A stretch of 64,000 nucleotides of DNA from a virus (IMGVR_UViG_3300040801_000905:1-64000), one strand, 5' to 3'. Positions 9,101-17,119 are shown, counted from the stretch's first letter. The notes: generated by a model not told the origin, from the letters alone. A program made the numbers and translations.

Positions 9101-9144
9101 AGATTCACTATCTGAGGTAACTGACTAACTAAAGGAGAACGACC

Positions 9145-9924
9145 ATGACATCACCTAATCTTATGCTTCATTGTGGCGCAGCGGAAGTTGCACGAACCGA
9201 TCTTGGAAACCCCAACATTGTTACGATGCCACCAAAGACCCGCACGTATTGCCCAGTAGGACACGAACCGTTTGTTAACTTGGTTCAAGACAAACTGGAA
9301 GAAGTTGGTTTCAGGTTTGGAGCGGAAGCCCACGCACTAACAAAAGAAGGAAACCGTTATTTTGGTTTGGTCCATCTGTTGTGCGGAAAGGAAAACGAAC
9401 AGCACGCCTTGGTTCTTGGAATCCGCAACTCACTGGACAAAAGTTTTCCTGCATCTTTGGCGTTTGGCGCACAAGTGTTTGTCTGCGACAACCTTTGCTT
9501 TAACGGAGAAATCAAAGTGGCCCGCAAACACACCACTAACATCTGGCGTGACTTGCCCTCTTTGATTGGAGCCGCGGTAAGCCAGACGGCATTGATGCGA
9601 GATAACATGGAAGACCGTTTTTCGTGCTATCAGGAACGCCCCTTGTCAACTAAGCAGGCAGACCACCTGATTCTTGAATCGTTACGCAATGGGGCTATTA
9701 ACACCAGCCGCGTGGAGCGAATTGTTAAAGAATGGGACGAACCGTCTCATGACTTTGGGCCACGAACTGTATGGCGTCTGCACAACGCAGTGACGGAAGC
9801 ATTGAAAGATGCACCGTTGCATGATGTTCCAAATCGGACCATGCAGCTTCATGCCATTCTTGATAGAGCGGCTGGCTTTACACCGCGTATGCCGATTGAG
9901 GGGGAGGTTGCAGTAGCAGCGTAG
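9145..9924 (+). CDS. DUF932-family (phage/plasmid-like) protein
   Basis: 'LVLGIRNSLDKSFPASLAFGAQVFVCDNLCFNGEIKVARKHTTN' matches the DUF932 core signature (xRNShDkS...G..vfvCsN...rH) as I remember it. Confidence 0.65.
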   Translation: MTSPNLMLHCGAAEVARTDLGNPNIVTMPPKTRTYCPVGHEPFVNLVQDKLEEVGFRFGAEAHALTKEGNRYFGLVHLLCGKENEQHALVLGIRNSLDKSFPASLAFGAQVFVCDNLCFNGEIKVARKHTTNIWRDLPSLIGAAVSQTALMRDNMEDRFSCYQERPLSTKQADHLILESLRNGAINTSRVERIVKEWDEPSHDFGPRTVWRLHNAVTEALKDAPLHDVPNRTMQLHAILDRAAGFTPRMPIEGEVAVAA

Positions 9925-9930
9925 TCCCCA

Positions 9931-9965
9931 GAGAGAAGGGGTTAAGGTTTTGCTCCCCTTCTCTC
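9931..9965 (+). terminator. perfect 11-bp hairpin after the DUF932 gene
   Basis: GAGAGAAGGGG (9931-9941) pairs with CCCCTTCTCTC (9955-9965) over a 13-nt loop. No U-tract follows. Confidence 0.45.
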
Positions 9966-9969
9966 ATTC

Positions 9970-9999
9970 GGGGCCGCAGCATACGCGGCCCCGCTTTCT
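9970..9999 (+). terminator. rho-independent terminator candidate
   Basis: GGGGCCGC (9970-9977) pairs with GCGGCCCC (9985-9992) over a 7-nt loop, followed by GCTTTCT. Confidence 0.6.
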
Positions 10000-10159
10000 A
10001 AGGAGGTGGAGCAGGCAGTCCTAAAAGAAGACGCTGTGGTACTGGGTAGCTACCTTACCAGAAGTATATTGGTTCGATGTCCATAATTGAGGCAAAGGTA
10101 GAGGCATCCGATACGAACCCTCACCCAATATACTTCACTGACAGGTGTCGGTAGTGACG

Positions 10160-10187
10160 CGGGGTTCGATTCCCCGCCACCCCACCA
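10160..10187 (+). ncRNA. tRNA-like 3' module (T-arm + acceptor 3' strand + discriminator A + CCA); no complete cloverleaf found
   Basis: CGGGG (10160-64), TTCGATT loop, CCCCG (10172-76), CCACCCC (10177-83), A, CCA (10185-87). Candidate partner strands GAGGTGG (10003-09) and GCGGTGG (10327-33) each match 6 of 7. Confidence 0.45.
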
Positions 10188-10399
10188 GTACACGTGGGAT
10201 CGTACCCACTAGTTCCGGTGGCGAATACGGAATGAATCGAAGGAGGCTAACAGCCTACGAAAACAGCCCCCGATAGCATGGGTAATGCAAGGAGTTGACA
10301 GCCCCTTGAGGAATCTCAAATCAGAAGCGGTGGAGGCTACCTCTGTTTAGTAGCCAAGGAAGCCAGCCAAGAAGCTGTCTCAAATTAAGGAGAAAGGTC

Positions 10400-10600
10400 A
10401 TGAGCAAGTGGACACACTATGTACGGGACAAGGAACACCCTGCAAGAGTAACAGTAGTTCAGGCTGTAGACCCATGCACTATTTGTGGAAAGACACACCT
10501 AAAGAAAGATGGAAGGGTAAGCGTGATGCCATGGGTTATGGCTGTGGTTATAGAAAAACTCAAGAGGATCAGTGATATACCACCAAAATCACCCCATTAA
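10400..10600 (+). CDS. hypothetical small protein
   Basis: 66 aa. Strong RBS: AAGGAGAAAGGTC-ATG. Confidence 0.6.
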   Translation: MSKWTHYVRDKEHPARVTVVQAVDPCTICGKTHLKKDGRVSVMPWVMAVVIEKLKRISDIPPKSPH

Positions 10601-10634
10601 ATGTTATACTGAGAGCAATCGACAGGAGAGCAGC

Positions 10635-10805
10635 ATGGCAACAAAGAAAGGATTTTCAAGTAAGCCAAAGACGCGCAAAACAACAATTAGACATCTTGTA
10701 AACTGGGGCAATCGAACCATGAAGCCTGAAAAAGAAGAACGTTATTACGAATTTGCCAATGGCACTAAAACGTTCAAGCAAGGTAAAGGCGCATACACTA
10801 AATAA
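10635..10805 (+). CDS. hypothetical small basic protein
   Basis: 56 aa from the internal ATG with an AGGAGAG RBS. The longer ORF-track start at 10572 overlaps the previous gene. Confidence 0.5.
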   Translation: MATKKGFSSKPKTRKTTIRHLVNWGNRTMKPEKEERYYEFANGTKTFKQGKGAYTK

Positions 10806-10830
10806 CACATCATCATCAAGGAGGTACGGC

Positions 10831-11193
10831 ATGTCAGAACACGCCACACCATTTTTCGGTGCAGACGCCGAAGCAGTTAAGGAAAGAGCCGCGGCATTTG
10901 AAGATTTGCGGCAAGCCTTTGACGAGCATGATTGTTCAGACCCAGATAGCTGGATGGCCATTGTTACTAATGGCAAAGCCATGATGCTTGCTGGAGAAGA
11001 ACAGATACCAAACGTTGTATATGGTTTAGGACACCTACTTATAACAGCGGTAGACGCAGCAGATAAAACAGGAAACCAAATGCTTTCCATGATGGCAAGA
11101 ATGGCCATGATGAAAGTATTGGAAGAATCGAAAGACTCATCATCAACAGAGGAAACAGGAAATGAAAACGATCACACTGACGCTTCCAGTTGA
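10831..11193 (+). CDS. hypothetical acidic protein
   Basis: The ATG at 10831 is preceded by the CATCATCA-AGGAGGTA leader (10811-10826). 120 aa. Confidence 0.65.
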   Translation: MSEHATPFFGADAEAVKERAAAFEDLRQAFDEHDCSDPDSWMAIVTNGKAMMLAGEEQIPNVVYGLGHLLITAVDAADKTGNQMLSMMARMAMMKVLEESKDSSSTEETGNENDHTDASS

Positions 11194-11593
11194 GGAAGCT
11201 ATTGACACCTTACGATTGTTACGTGCTGAGGCGCGATGCTTGATAGAGAACGGAGATGTCTTACCGGACATTGATGTGCTCAAGCGGGCGCAGAATGTGC
11301 TTTCAGCACGTGAACGAATTGTCACAGAGCTTGAGGCTATCGGATATATCGAAGAGATGCCATATGAGCCTCCACAAATGGGTTTAAATTTGACTGACCC
11401 AGACCGCTTGCAACATCCAGCCATTGATGAAGCACTTAGCCAAGCTGTTACATGCGAAGAAGACAGGACCACCAAGATGGAAAGTGTAGCTGTAAAGCAT
11501 GGCGTTCCCACCATGGTTATGGATGCTGGAGAAGTGGAATATGACTGCCTTGACTCCATACCAAAACGCGATGTGCTGGGGCGCAATTACTAA
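11162..11593 (+). CDS. hypothetical protein
   Basis: 143 aa. Preceded by CATCATCA-ACAGAGGAAAC (11137-11155), which lies inside the upstream gene. Confidence 0.65.
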   Translation: MKTITLTLPVEEAIDTLRLLRAEARCLIENGDVLPDIDVLKRAQNVLSARERIVTELEAIGYIEEMPYEPPQMGLNLTDPDRLQHPAIDEALSQAVTCEEDRTTKMESVAVKHGVPTMVMDAGEVEYDCLDSIPKRDVLGRNY

Positions 11594-11832
11594 TGAGCGA
11601 AATAACAAACGCAACAAGGATGAAAGTAATTGATGAACTATTGGCTGAATTGAAATCATTTGGCCATTACAGCGCAATTACTCATGTCAAAAGCTGCAAG
11701 AAACGGCTTGAGAGTCGAATGGGTAATGCGTCTGAATGGGAGTCAAAAACGAGAGGAAAAGGCCATGATAGACAAAACACAGATAGAGAAGTACACGGAA
11801 ACAATATCCAGCAAGCTGGAGGATTTGGCTGA
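11593..11832 (+). CDS. hypothetical protein
   Basis: 79 aa. TAATG overlap with the previous gene. Its 3' part overlaps the next ORF, so the true extent is uncertain. Confidence 0.45.
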   Translation: MSEITNATRMKVIDELLAELKSFGHYSAITHVKSCKKRLESRMGNASEWESKTRGKGHDRQNTDREVHGNNIQQAGGFG

Positions 11833-11929
11833 AGAGATAGAGCAAGAGTACCGCTACACAAGCATTGAAGAGCGGGCTGTTGCAGAAGCATGTGCTAGCA
11901 AAGTTAGGAAGCTTGCTGATGCTCTATAA
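11765..11929 (+). CDS. hypothetical small acidic protein
   Basis: The internal ATG at 11765 has a GAGAGGAAAAGG RBS. 'MIDKTQIEKYTETISSKLEDLAEEIEQEY...' looks helical. Confidence 0.45.
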   Translation: MIDKTQIEKYTETISSKLEDLAEEIEQEYRYTSIEERAVAEACASKVRKLADAL

Positions 11930-12284
11930 GGTAGAGCCAGTTTCTAAGCCGCGTCAAACGCAGCGTGACAAGTGGAAACCCTCAAAGTCTGCACTCAGGT
12001 ACAGAGCATTTGCAGATGAATGCAGGTTAAGGATGAAGGGGGTGGATTTGGATGGAGCAGATATTACGTTTTATCTACCCATTCCCCAAAGCTGGAGTAA
12101 GCGTAAGAAGCGTGAGATGAAGGGAGAGCCACACCGCCAGAAACCCGATCTGGACAACCTCATCAAAGCGCTGGGTGATGCACTGTATGGAGATGACTCA
12201 TGCATTGCATCTATCCAAGCAAGAAAGGTGTGGGCAACCGAAGGTGCAATATCAATCATCACTAAGGAGAAAGACCATGACTGA
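11919..12284 (+). CDS. rusA: RusA-like Holliday junction resolvase
   Basis: 'KPDLDNLIKALGDALYGDDSCI' matches the RusA catalytic 'DxDNxxKxxxDaL' region. Start placed at the ATG at 11919 (AGGAAG RBS) rather than 11865. Confidence 0.65.
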   Translation: MLYKVEPVSKPRQTQRDKWKPSKSALRYRAFADECRLRMKGVDLDGADITFYLPIPQSWSKRKKREMKGEPHRQKPDLDNLIKALGDALYGDDSCIASIQARKVWATEGAISIITKEKDHD

Positions 12285-12633
12285 CGCAAAAGTAGTAGCC
12301 ATTCAAACAGACAGTAGTGACCTGAGCAACATCAATGAATTGCTGAAAGAGCACGGCATTGACGCTGAAGGAGCTGTTGCCATTCCTATTGCCATCCCCA
12401 TCAACTCACTGGATGACATCTCAGTAGCCCTCAAGAATATCGGCATCAACGCGGATACGATGAGTACAGCTATCAAGAAAGAGCTGGAACCCAAGGAAGA
12501 AGAGCCTGAAGGTGAGATTGAAATGCTGCGTAAGGTAGTTGAAGAGCTAGCGGAAAGTAACGCCAATCTCAAAGAAAGCCTTAACAATGCATTGGAAAAA
12601 CTGATGAACGCTAAGGCTGTGCTAGGGAGCTGA
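12277..12633 (+). CDS. hypothetical acidic protein
   Basis: The ATG at 12277 has an AAGGAGAAAGACC RBS and overlaps the rusA stop. 118 aa. Confidence 0.6.
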   Translation: MTDAKVVAIQTDSSDLSNINELLKEHGIDAEGAVAIPIAIPINSLDDISVALKNIGINADTMSTAIKKELEPKEEEPEGEIEMLRKVVEELAESNANLKESLNNALEKLMNAKAVLGS

Positions 12634-12639
12634 TTCATC

Positions 12640-12707
12640 GGGCTGGCCCCTGCCCCTATTGTCCACGGCTGTGCGAAAGGTCACGCCATGGATGCAGGGG
12701 TTGGCCC
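12640..12707 (+). promoter_or_regulatory. long imperfect RNA stem-loop (RNase III-type processing site or attenuator candidate)
   Basis: GGGCTGGCCCCTGC (12640-53) pairs with GCAGGGGTTGGCCC (12694-12707): 11 Watson-Crick and 3 G-U pairs. An inner CCACGGC/GCCATGG stem is also possible. It sits just upstream of the RBS at 12713. Confidence 0.4.
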
Positions 12708-12726
12708 ACCACCAAGGAGAAAGGCC

Positions 12727-12924
12727 ATGTTATTTGAAATCTCAATGATCCTGTATGGTGCAGCGCTCTTTGTTTGGGTACAGCACTTAATGATTAAACA
12801 AGCAAGAGATGATCGCAAAGCACAAGAAGCGTATCAGTTGTTAAAAGGAAAGGTAGACGGTTTACAGCGAGTGTGTGAGATGCACCAGAAGATGCTGAAA
12901 ATGATGAGCAACACAAAACAGTGA
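12727..12924 (+). CDS. small membrane protein
   Basis: 65 aa. The N-terminal hydrophobic helix 'ISMILYGAALFVWVQHLMI' is followed by a charged tail. RBS AAGGAGAAAGGCC. Confidence 0.55.
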   Translation: MLFEISMILYGAALFVWVQHLMIKQARDDRKAQEAYQLLKGKVDGLQRVCEMHQKMLKMMSNTKQ

Positions 12925-12982
12925 AAAGAATGCACTATCAAAACAAGGTATAGAAAAAGCAAAAGTGATAGGGAAAGATTAT

Positions 12983-13043
12983 AGAGGCTTTCAATTCCAT
13001 TAACTTTTATGGGGGTGACCGAAACCCTGAAAGCCTCTTTTTT
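12983..13043 (+). terminator. rho-independent terminator (long-loop)
   Basis: AGAGGCTTTCA (12983-93) pairs with TGAAAGCCTCT (13028-38), followed by TTTTTT. The loop has an inner GGGGGT/ACCC hairpin. Confidence 0.6.
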
Positions 13044-13057
13044 ACAGGAGAGGAAGA

Positions 13058-13255
13058 ATGATTGACCTGATAGTGCGACTACGGAATTGGGAAAGGGTGT
13101 ATTCATGCGATGCAGGAAAGCCAGATGGAAGCCTTTACCTAGAAGCCGCCGACCAAATCGAAGAACTGGAAGCGGAGATAAAAAACTTAAAGGCAATCAT
13201 GCGTGGAGATGGTGGGACAAAGAAAGTTTCATTAAAGGACAAGGACGATGAGTGA
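13058..13255 (+). CDS. hypothetical protein
   Basis: 65 aa. RBS GGAGAGGAAG. Confidence 0.55.
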   Translation: MIDLIVRLRNWERVYSCDAGKPDGSLYLEAADQIEELEAEIKNLKAIMRGDGGTKKVSLKDKDDE

Positions 13256-13496
13256 CTTTGAGAATCAAACAAAAACTTACAAGCAATATTGGACGACACC
13301 GTACTGTTTTCGTCCGATGTCCTCGCGCCGCGTAAACTCTGTTAAAGAATTGAACCGCTTGATGGAACGCATAGCTGAACTGGAAGCAGCTATCAAGACA
13401 CACAAGGAAAGCTTTATTCAAGTTGGCATGAGCAGTATAGAGGACAAAAAGCTTTGGTCTGCGCTGGGAGATGAAGCGATTGATGCCGCGACATGA
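13248..13496 (+). CDS. hypothetical protein
   Basis: 82 aa. Overlaps the previous gene by 8 nt. Confidence 0.55.
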   Translation: MSDFENQTKTYKQYWTTPYCFRPMSSRRVNSVKELNRLMERIAELEAAIKTHKESFIQVGMSSIEDKKLWSALGDEAIDAAT

Positions 13497-13526
13497 TGTC
13501 CCGAAACGTGTGCTACAATTCAAAAA

Positions 13527-14087
13527 ATGAAGCCCGTGATTGACAACATCGAAACGCTTGATTTATCACGCCAATGTAGAACGTTGGGGTCAGGAAAGAA
13601 AGACCCATACGGAGAGGCAGAGGGGGAAGTAAAGACACCACATCAGTTGGATCAGTACAACCACGCAAGCACTGTCATTTTATGCAAGGACATTGCTGAC
13701 ATCCTTACCAAAACATATCCAGACTGGGCATGGGCTGTACAGCCACAAGAGTTTGGACAAGTCATCAATATATTCAACCTGAACCTGCACAGTGAGTATG
13801 CATATACCATACGCATGGTGGATATTATGTATGATCCAAGCAGGCGGCAAGCATACAAGGCTGGTGCAGAGATACTGAAACGCTTTGGGATGCCATATAA
13901 AATGGACCGTGAGCTGTTGGCCGCGGCTCCACGGGATGTGCGGAAAAACTGCATCCCAGACATATCAGATTTTGAGAGCAGGAAAGAAAAGCGTAATGCG
14001 GAACTGGCGCATATGCTGGCTACAGGGAAAGCACGGATTGTGGAAACAGAGGATGGGGGACGTTACCTAGAGGTAGATAACCGATGA
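13527..14087 (+). CDS. hypothetical protein (coupled to portal)
   Basis: 186 aa. ATGA overlap with the portal start. Confidence 0.65.
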   Translation: MKPVIDNIETLDLSRQCRTLGSGKKDPYGEAEGEVKTPHQLDQYNHASTVILCKDIADILTKTYPDWAWAVQPQEFGQVINIFNLNLHSEYAYTIRMVDIMYDPSRRQAYKAGAEILKRFGMPYKMDRELLAAAPRDVRKNCIPDISDFESRKEKRNAELAHMLATGKARIVETEDGGRYLEVDNR

Positions 14088-16510
14088 GCATTGGCCCAAG
14101 CAGTGAAGAAGCACTGGAAGACCCCATACGAAACCCAGTGCCGGAAGAAGGATACACGAACGAAGGTTCCGCTAAAGAAACAGCAGATGATGACCCCAGC
14201 AATGATTCTTTTTGGTTGAAGCGGGCTAGAGAAAGTCATCAAGCATCACAAACGTGGTTCGATGTGTCTATCAGGCGCAAAGCAGAAGACCACATGAGGC
14301 TGTTCAATAGTGAACATCCCCGCGGGTCGCGCTACAGTGATGAGTCATACCGTAAGCGCAGCAGGCTGTTCAGGCCGAAAACAAGAAGTGCAATACGCAA
14401 AACAGAGGCCGCAGGTGTGGCTGCATTCTTTGCAACACAAGATGCACTGACCTGTCAGCCACCTAATGCACGAGACCCCATACAGAAAGCGGGCGCTGAC
14501 TCCATGGCAGAGCTGTTGAACTACAGGCTACAGAATGATATTCCGTGGTTTGTGACATGCATAGGAGCCATCCAAGATGCTTCTAAGCAGGGTGTAGTGA
14601 TCAGCAGGCAGCAATGGAACTATCGTGAAGTTCAAGATGTGTATGATGAGGAAATAACGGATGCCATGACGGGCCAGTCTATGGGCAATCGCAGGACGTT
14701 TGAAAGGCGCGTAGTGGCAGATCATCCAGACATTGTTTTGCGTCCTATTGAGAATGTGCGGTTCTCACCAGCAGCTGATTGGCGCAACCCGATACAAACT
14801 AGCCCTTACCTTATTGACATGGAGCCATTCTATGTGGGGGACATTCTGGAGCGCGGGGAAGAAGGAGCGCAGGGGCAATACGATGTAGCGTTTCGTAAGC
14901 TGGATATCGCAACGATCAGATCAGCACTGAAACAGAGCTACGATCCTATCAGGCAAGCACGTGAAGGCCATCGTGAAGATCGTTACGAGGAAAATCACAG
15001 TGCTATTCAAGAGCACGATGCGGTCTGGGTGCATCACAACTATATGCGCGTAGACGGGCAGGATTGGTACTACGCCACTCTTGGCACAGAGATTATGCTG
15101 ACAGACGTGGTGCCTTTGGAGGAAACCACACCCCTGAAAGAGCGGCCATACACCATGGGCTTCATTGCGTTGGAAACACACAAGCCGTACCCCGCTGGGC
15201 TGGTGGAGCTGATGAGGCCAATTCAGGAAGAAATCAATGACATCACAAACCTACGAATCGACAACATCAGGCACGTTATTTCACCCCGCTATTTCGTTAA
15301 ACGGGGCAGCAGTGTCGATGTCCGATCCCTTCTCCGTAACATCGCTGGCGGTGTCACTGCCATGGAAGACCCGCAGAACGATGTACACATTAGACAGATT
15401 CAAGACACTACGGCTTCTTCTTTTCAAGAGCAGGACAGGCTCAGTGTGGAGGTTGACGAGCTGGCCGGAACAAGCAGCCAATCCTCAATTGCTGCAAACC
15501 ACAACATCAATGAGCGGGTAGGCAATACTCAGATGATGAAGGAAGACTCCAACCAGCTCACTGAAATGAACATCAGGACATTTGCTGAGACATGGGTAGA
15601 GCCTACGTTGCAGCAAGTTATGGAGCTGGAGCGGGCATTGGAGTCAGATGAAGTTGTTTTAGCGATTGTTGGGCAGCGCAGTAACATGGCACCAGAAATG
15701 GTATTTCGCATGATGGATATGCCAGTGCGCGTTACTGTCAACGTAGGATTTGGAGCAACCAACCCACAGCGCCGTTTGCAGAAGGTAGCTATGGCGTTTA
15801 GCACGTTGGCTCAAATCAACCCAAACCTGTTGGCACGAGCAGATGAGCGTGAGCTGGCGTCAGAAGTGTTGGGGGCTGTTGGGTTCAAGAGCGTAGAGCG
15901 TTTCTTCCCTCATCTTGCATCTGAAGGTAATGAAGACCCGCAGACCAAACAGCTGATGGAAGAGAATCAGCAGCTGAAAGCAATGCTTGAAGGTGAGCAA
16001 GGTAAGCATCAGGCGCAGCTTCAGGGTAAACAGATGGATGTACAGGGACGTGTGCAGATAGAGCAAATGCGTCTTGAGTATCAGCGTGAACGTGACCGCG
16101 GTGCAGATCAGCTTAAATACAACATTGAGCAGAATAAATGGAAAGGCATGTTGCTTGACCATGAAATCAAGCGAGAACAGAACGGGTTCCGCAGGCAGGA
16201 GCTGATAGAGCAGCGCAGAGCACTAAACCACACCATTGCGATGGATGAAAGACAGTACCAGATGGCCATGCGGGAGCAGCAGTACAACATGCAGCAGCCT
16301 GTAGAGAAAACACCTGACATTGGCAACACAGGACCAACCCCTGCCAAGGGAGCGCCTGAGCCGCAAGAGGTGAAGCCAAATGCTGGGCCAAACACAGACA
16401 ACCCCGGTGGTGGGAAAAGAATTGCCAGCACGCCTAAACTCAAAGGTGATGACATGGCAGGAGTAATATCACGAGGTGACTATGGTGTCATTCCCGGCAA
16501 GGAAGGATGA
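14084..16510 (+). CDS. portal protein
   Basis: 808 aa. Sits at the head of the structural block. The long Q/E/R-rich C-terminal coiled coil resembles the P22-type portal barrel. Size and synteny also fit: portal, scaffold, capsid. Confidence 0.75.
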   Translation: MSIGPSSEEALEDPIRNPVPEEGYTNEGSAKETADDDPSNDSFWLKRARESHQASQTWFDVSIRRKAEDHMRLFNSEHPRGSRYSDESYRKRSRLFRPKTRSAIRKTEAAGVAAFFATQDALTCQPPNARDPIQKAGADSMAELLNYRLQNDIPWFVTCIGAIQDASKQGVVISRQQWNYREVQDVYDEEITDAMTGQSMGNRRTFERRVVADHPDIVLRPIENVRFSPAADWRNPIQTSPYLIDMEPFYVGDILERGEEGAQGQYDVAFRKLDIATIRSALKQSYDPIRQAREGHREDRYEENHSAIQEHDAVWVHHNYMRVDGQDWYYATLGTEIMLTDVVPLEETTPLKERPYTMGFIALETHKPYPAGLVELMRPIQEEINDITNLRIDNIRHVISPRYFVKRGSSVDVRSLLRNIAGGVTAMEDPQNDVHIRQIQDTTASSFQEQDRLSVEVDELAGTSSQSSIAANHNINERVGNTQMMKEDSNQLTEMNIRTFAETWVEPTLQQVMELERALESDEVVLAIVGQRSNMAPEMVFRMMDMPVRVTVNVGFGATNPQRRLQKVAMAFSTLAQINPNLLARADERELASEVLGAVGFKSVERFFPHLASEGNEDPQTKQLMEENQQLKAMLEGEQGKHQAQLQGKQMDVQGRVQIEQMRLEYQRERDRGADQLKYNIEQNKWKGMLLDHEIKREQNGFRRQELIEQRRALNHTIAMDERQYQMAMREQQYNMQQPVEKTPDIGNTGPTPAKGAPEPQEVKPNAGPNTDNPGGGKRIASTPKLKGDDMAGVISRGDYGVIPGKEG

Positions 16511-16606
16511 AGAAGACCTGATTTATGATCCATTAGACACACTGCCGTTGTGGAAGAAGATGCAAGGTCAGGTGGAGTTACCACAAAGCAAGCACAGGAA
16601 AGCAAG

Positions 16607-16741
16607 ATGCCAGCGAAAAAGAAAGTCACGAAAAAGAAAGTAAGTTTGAAGAAGAAGCCGCTTGCAGCAGCGGTCAACTACAACGTCAGGAACAAGGCTG
16701 CTTTGGCCCTGATGGAAAGCAGAGAGAGGAAGCGCAGATGA
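16607..16741 (+). CDS. lysine-rich mini-protein (44 aa)
   Basis: 'MPAKKKVTKKKVSLKKKPLAAAV...'. RBS AGGAAAG. Its stop overlaps the next start (ATGA). Confidence 0.5.
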   Translation: MPAKKKVTKKKVSLKKKPLAAAVNYNVRNKAALALMESRERKRR

Positions 16742-17100
16742 AGCCAACAGCATTTAATAGGCGCGAACCAGCCATGGTGGTGCCAAACACAGAGCCAGAA
16801 CTATTGACTGATACAGGTGTTATTTCACCTGCCACGTACAAGACGTACTGGGGAACGACTGGTGCGGCAACTGCAACGCTGGCTGATGGAGTGTGTGATG
16901 GTCACGTCAAGGTGATCCAGATGATCGCAGACGTGGGTGATGCGGTGCTCACGCCGAACAGCCTGTATAACGGAACCACGATCACGTTTGCAGACGTGGG
17001 TGATGTGGCAGTGCTGTGTTGGTCACAGGACTACGGTGCATGGGTTATGATTGACGCATACAACATGGTAGACGGTGGGACGTTCCCAGTTAAGGCGTAA
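16738..17100 (+). CDS. hypothetical virion-module protein
   Basis: 120 aa with beta-rich composition. Confidence 0.6.
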   Translation: MKPTAFNRREPAMVVPNTEPELLTDTGVISPATYKTYWGTTGAATATLADGVCDGHVKVIQMIADVGDAVLTPNSLYNGTTITFADVGDVAVLCWSQDYGAWVMIDAYNMVDGGTFPVKA

Positions 17101-17119
17101 TTGAAAAGGAGAAAGGTTA

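Larger units (their letters stand above)
9925..10399 (+). other. 475-nt ORF-free, hairpin-rich intergenic region
   Basis: No ORF of 60 aa or more on either strand. Hairpins lie at 9931-9965, 9970-9992, 10194-10209, 10244-10256, 10306-10319 and 10335-10355. Short direct repeats: ACAGCCCC twice (10263, 10298), GGAGGCTA twice (10242, 10332), and AGCCAAG(G)AAGC in tandem (10352-10375). Confidence 0.8.

Noticed and set aside
10001-10187. tmRNA (ssrA-like) gene, because the 3' end resembles tmRNA/tRNA ends and the 5'/3' strands could pair
   Set aside because: The acceptor would lack the G3-U70 pair needed for alanylation (position 70 is C). There is an A-C mismatch at position 2. No tag-like reading frame ending in a hydrophobic ...AA-stop is present. 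The length, about 185 nt, is far below the tmRNA size.
10095-10187. Complete canonical or type II tRNA gene ending at the CCA
   Set aside because: No 5' acceptor strand complementary to CCACCCC lies within 75-95 nt. No 7-nt anticodon loop with U33 or D-arm with the conserved GG could be built. The candidate 'ACCAG-AAGTATA-TTGGT' hairpin at 10057-10073 has A at position 33.
10140-10187. attP core (a tRNA 3' fragment carried for integration)
   Set aside because: No integrase or excisionase is present in these 64 kb, and the neighbours are unrelated small genes. This reading remains possible only if an integrase lies outside the window, so it is kept as an alternative under the finding and not called.
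10295-10323. Promoter TTGACA-17-AAATCA upstream of the 10400 gene
   Set aside because: The -35 is perfect but the -10 is very poor (AAATCA), so the site is not called.
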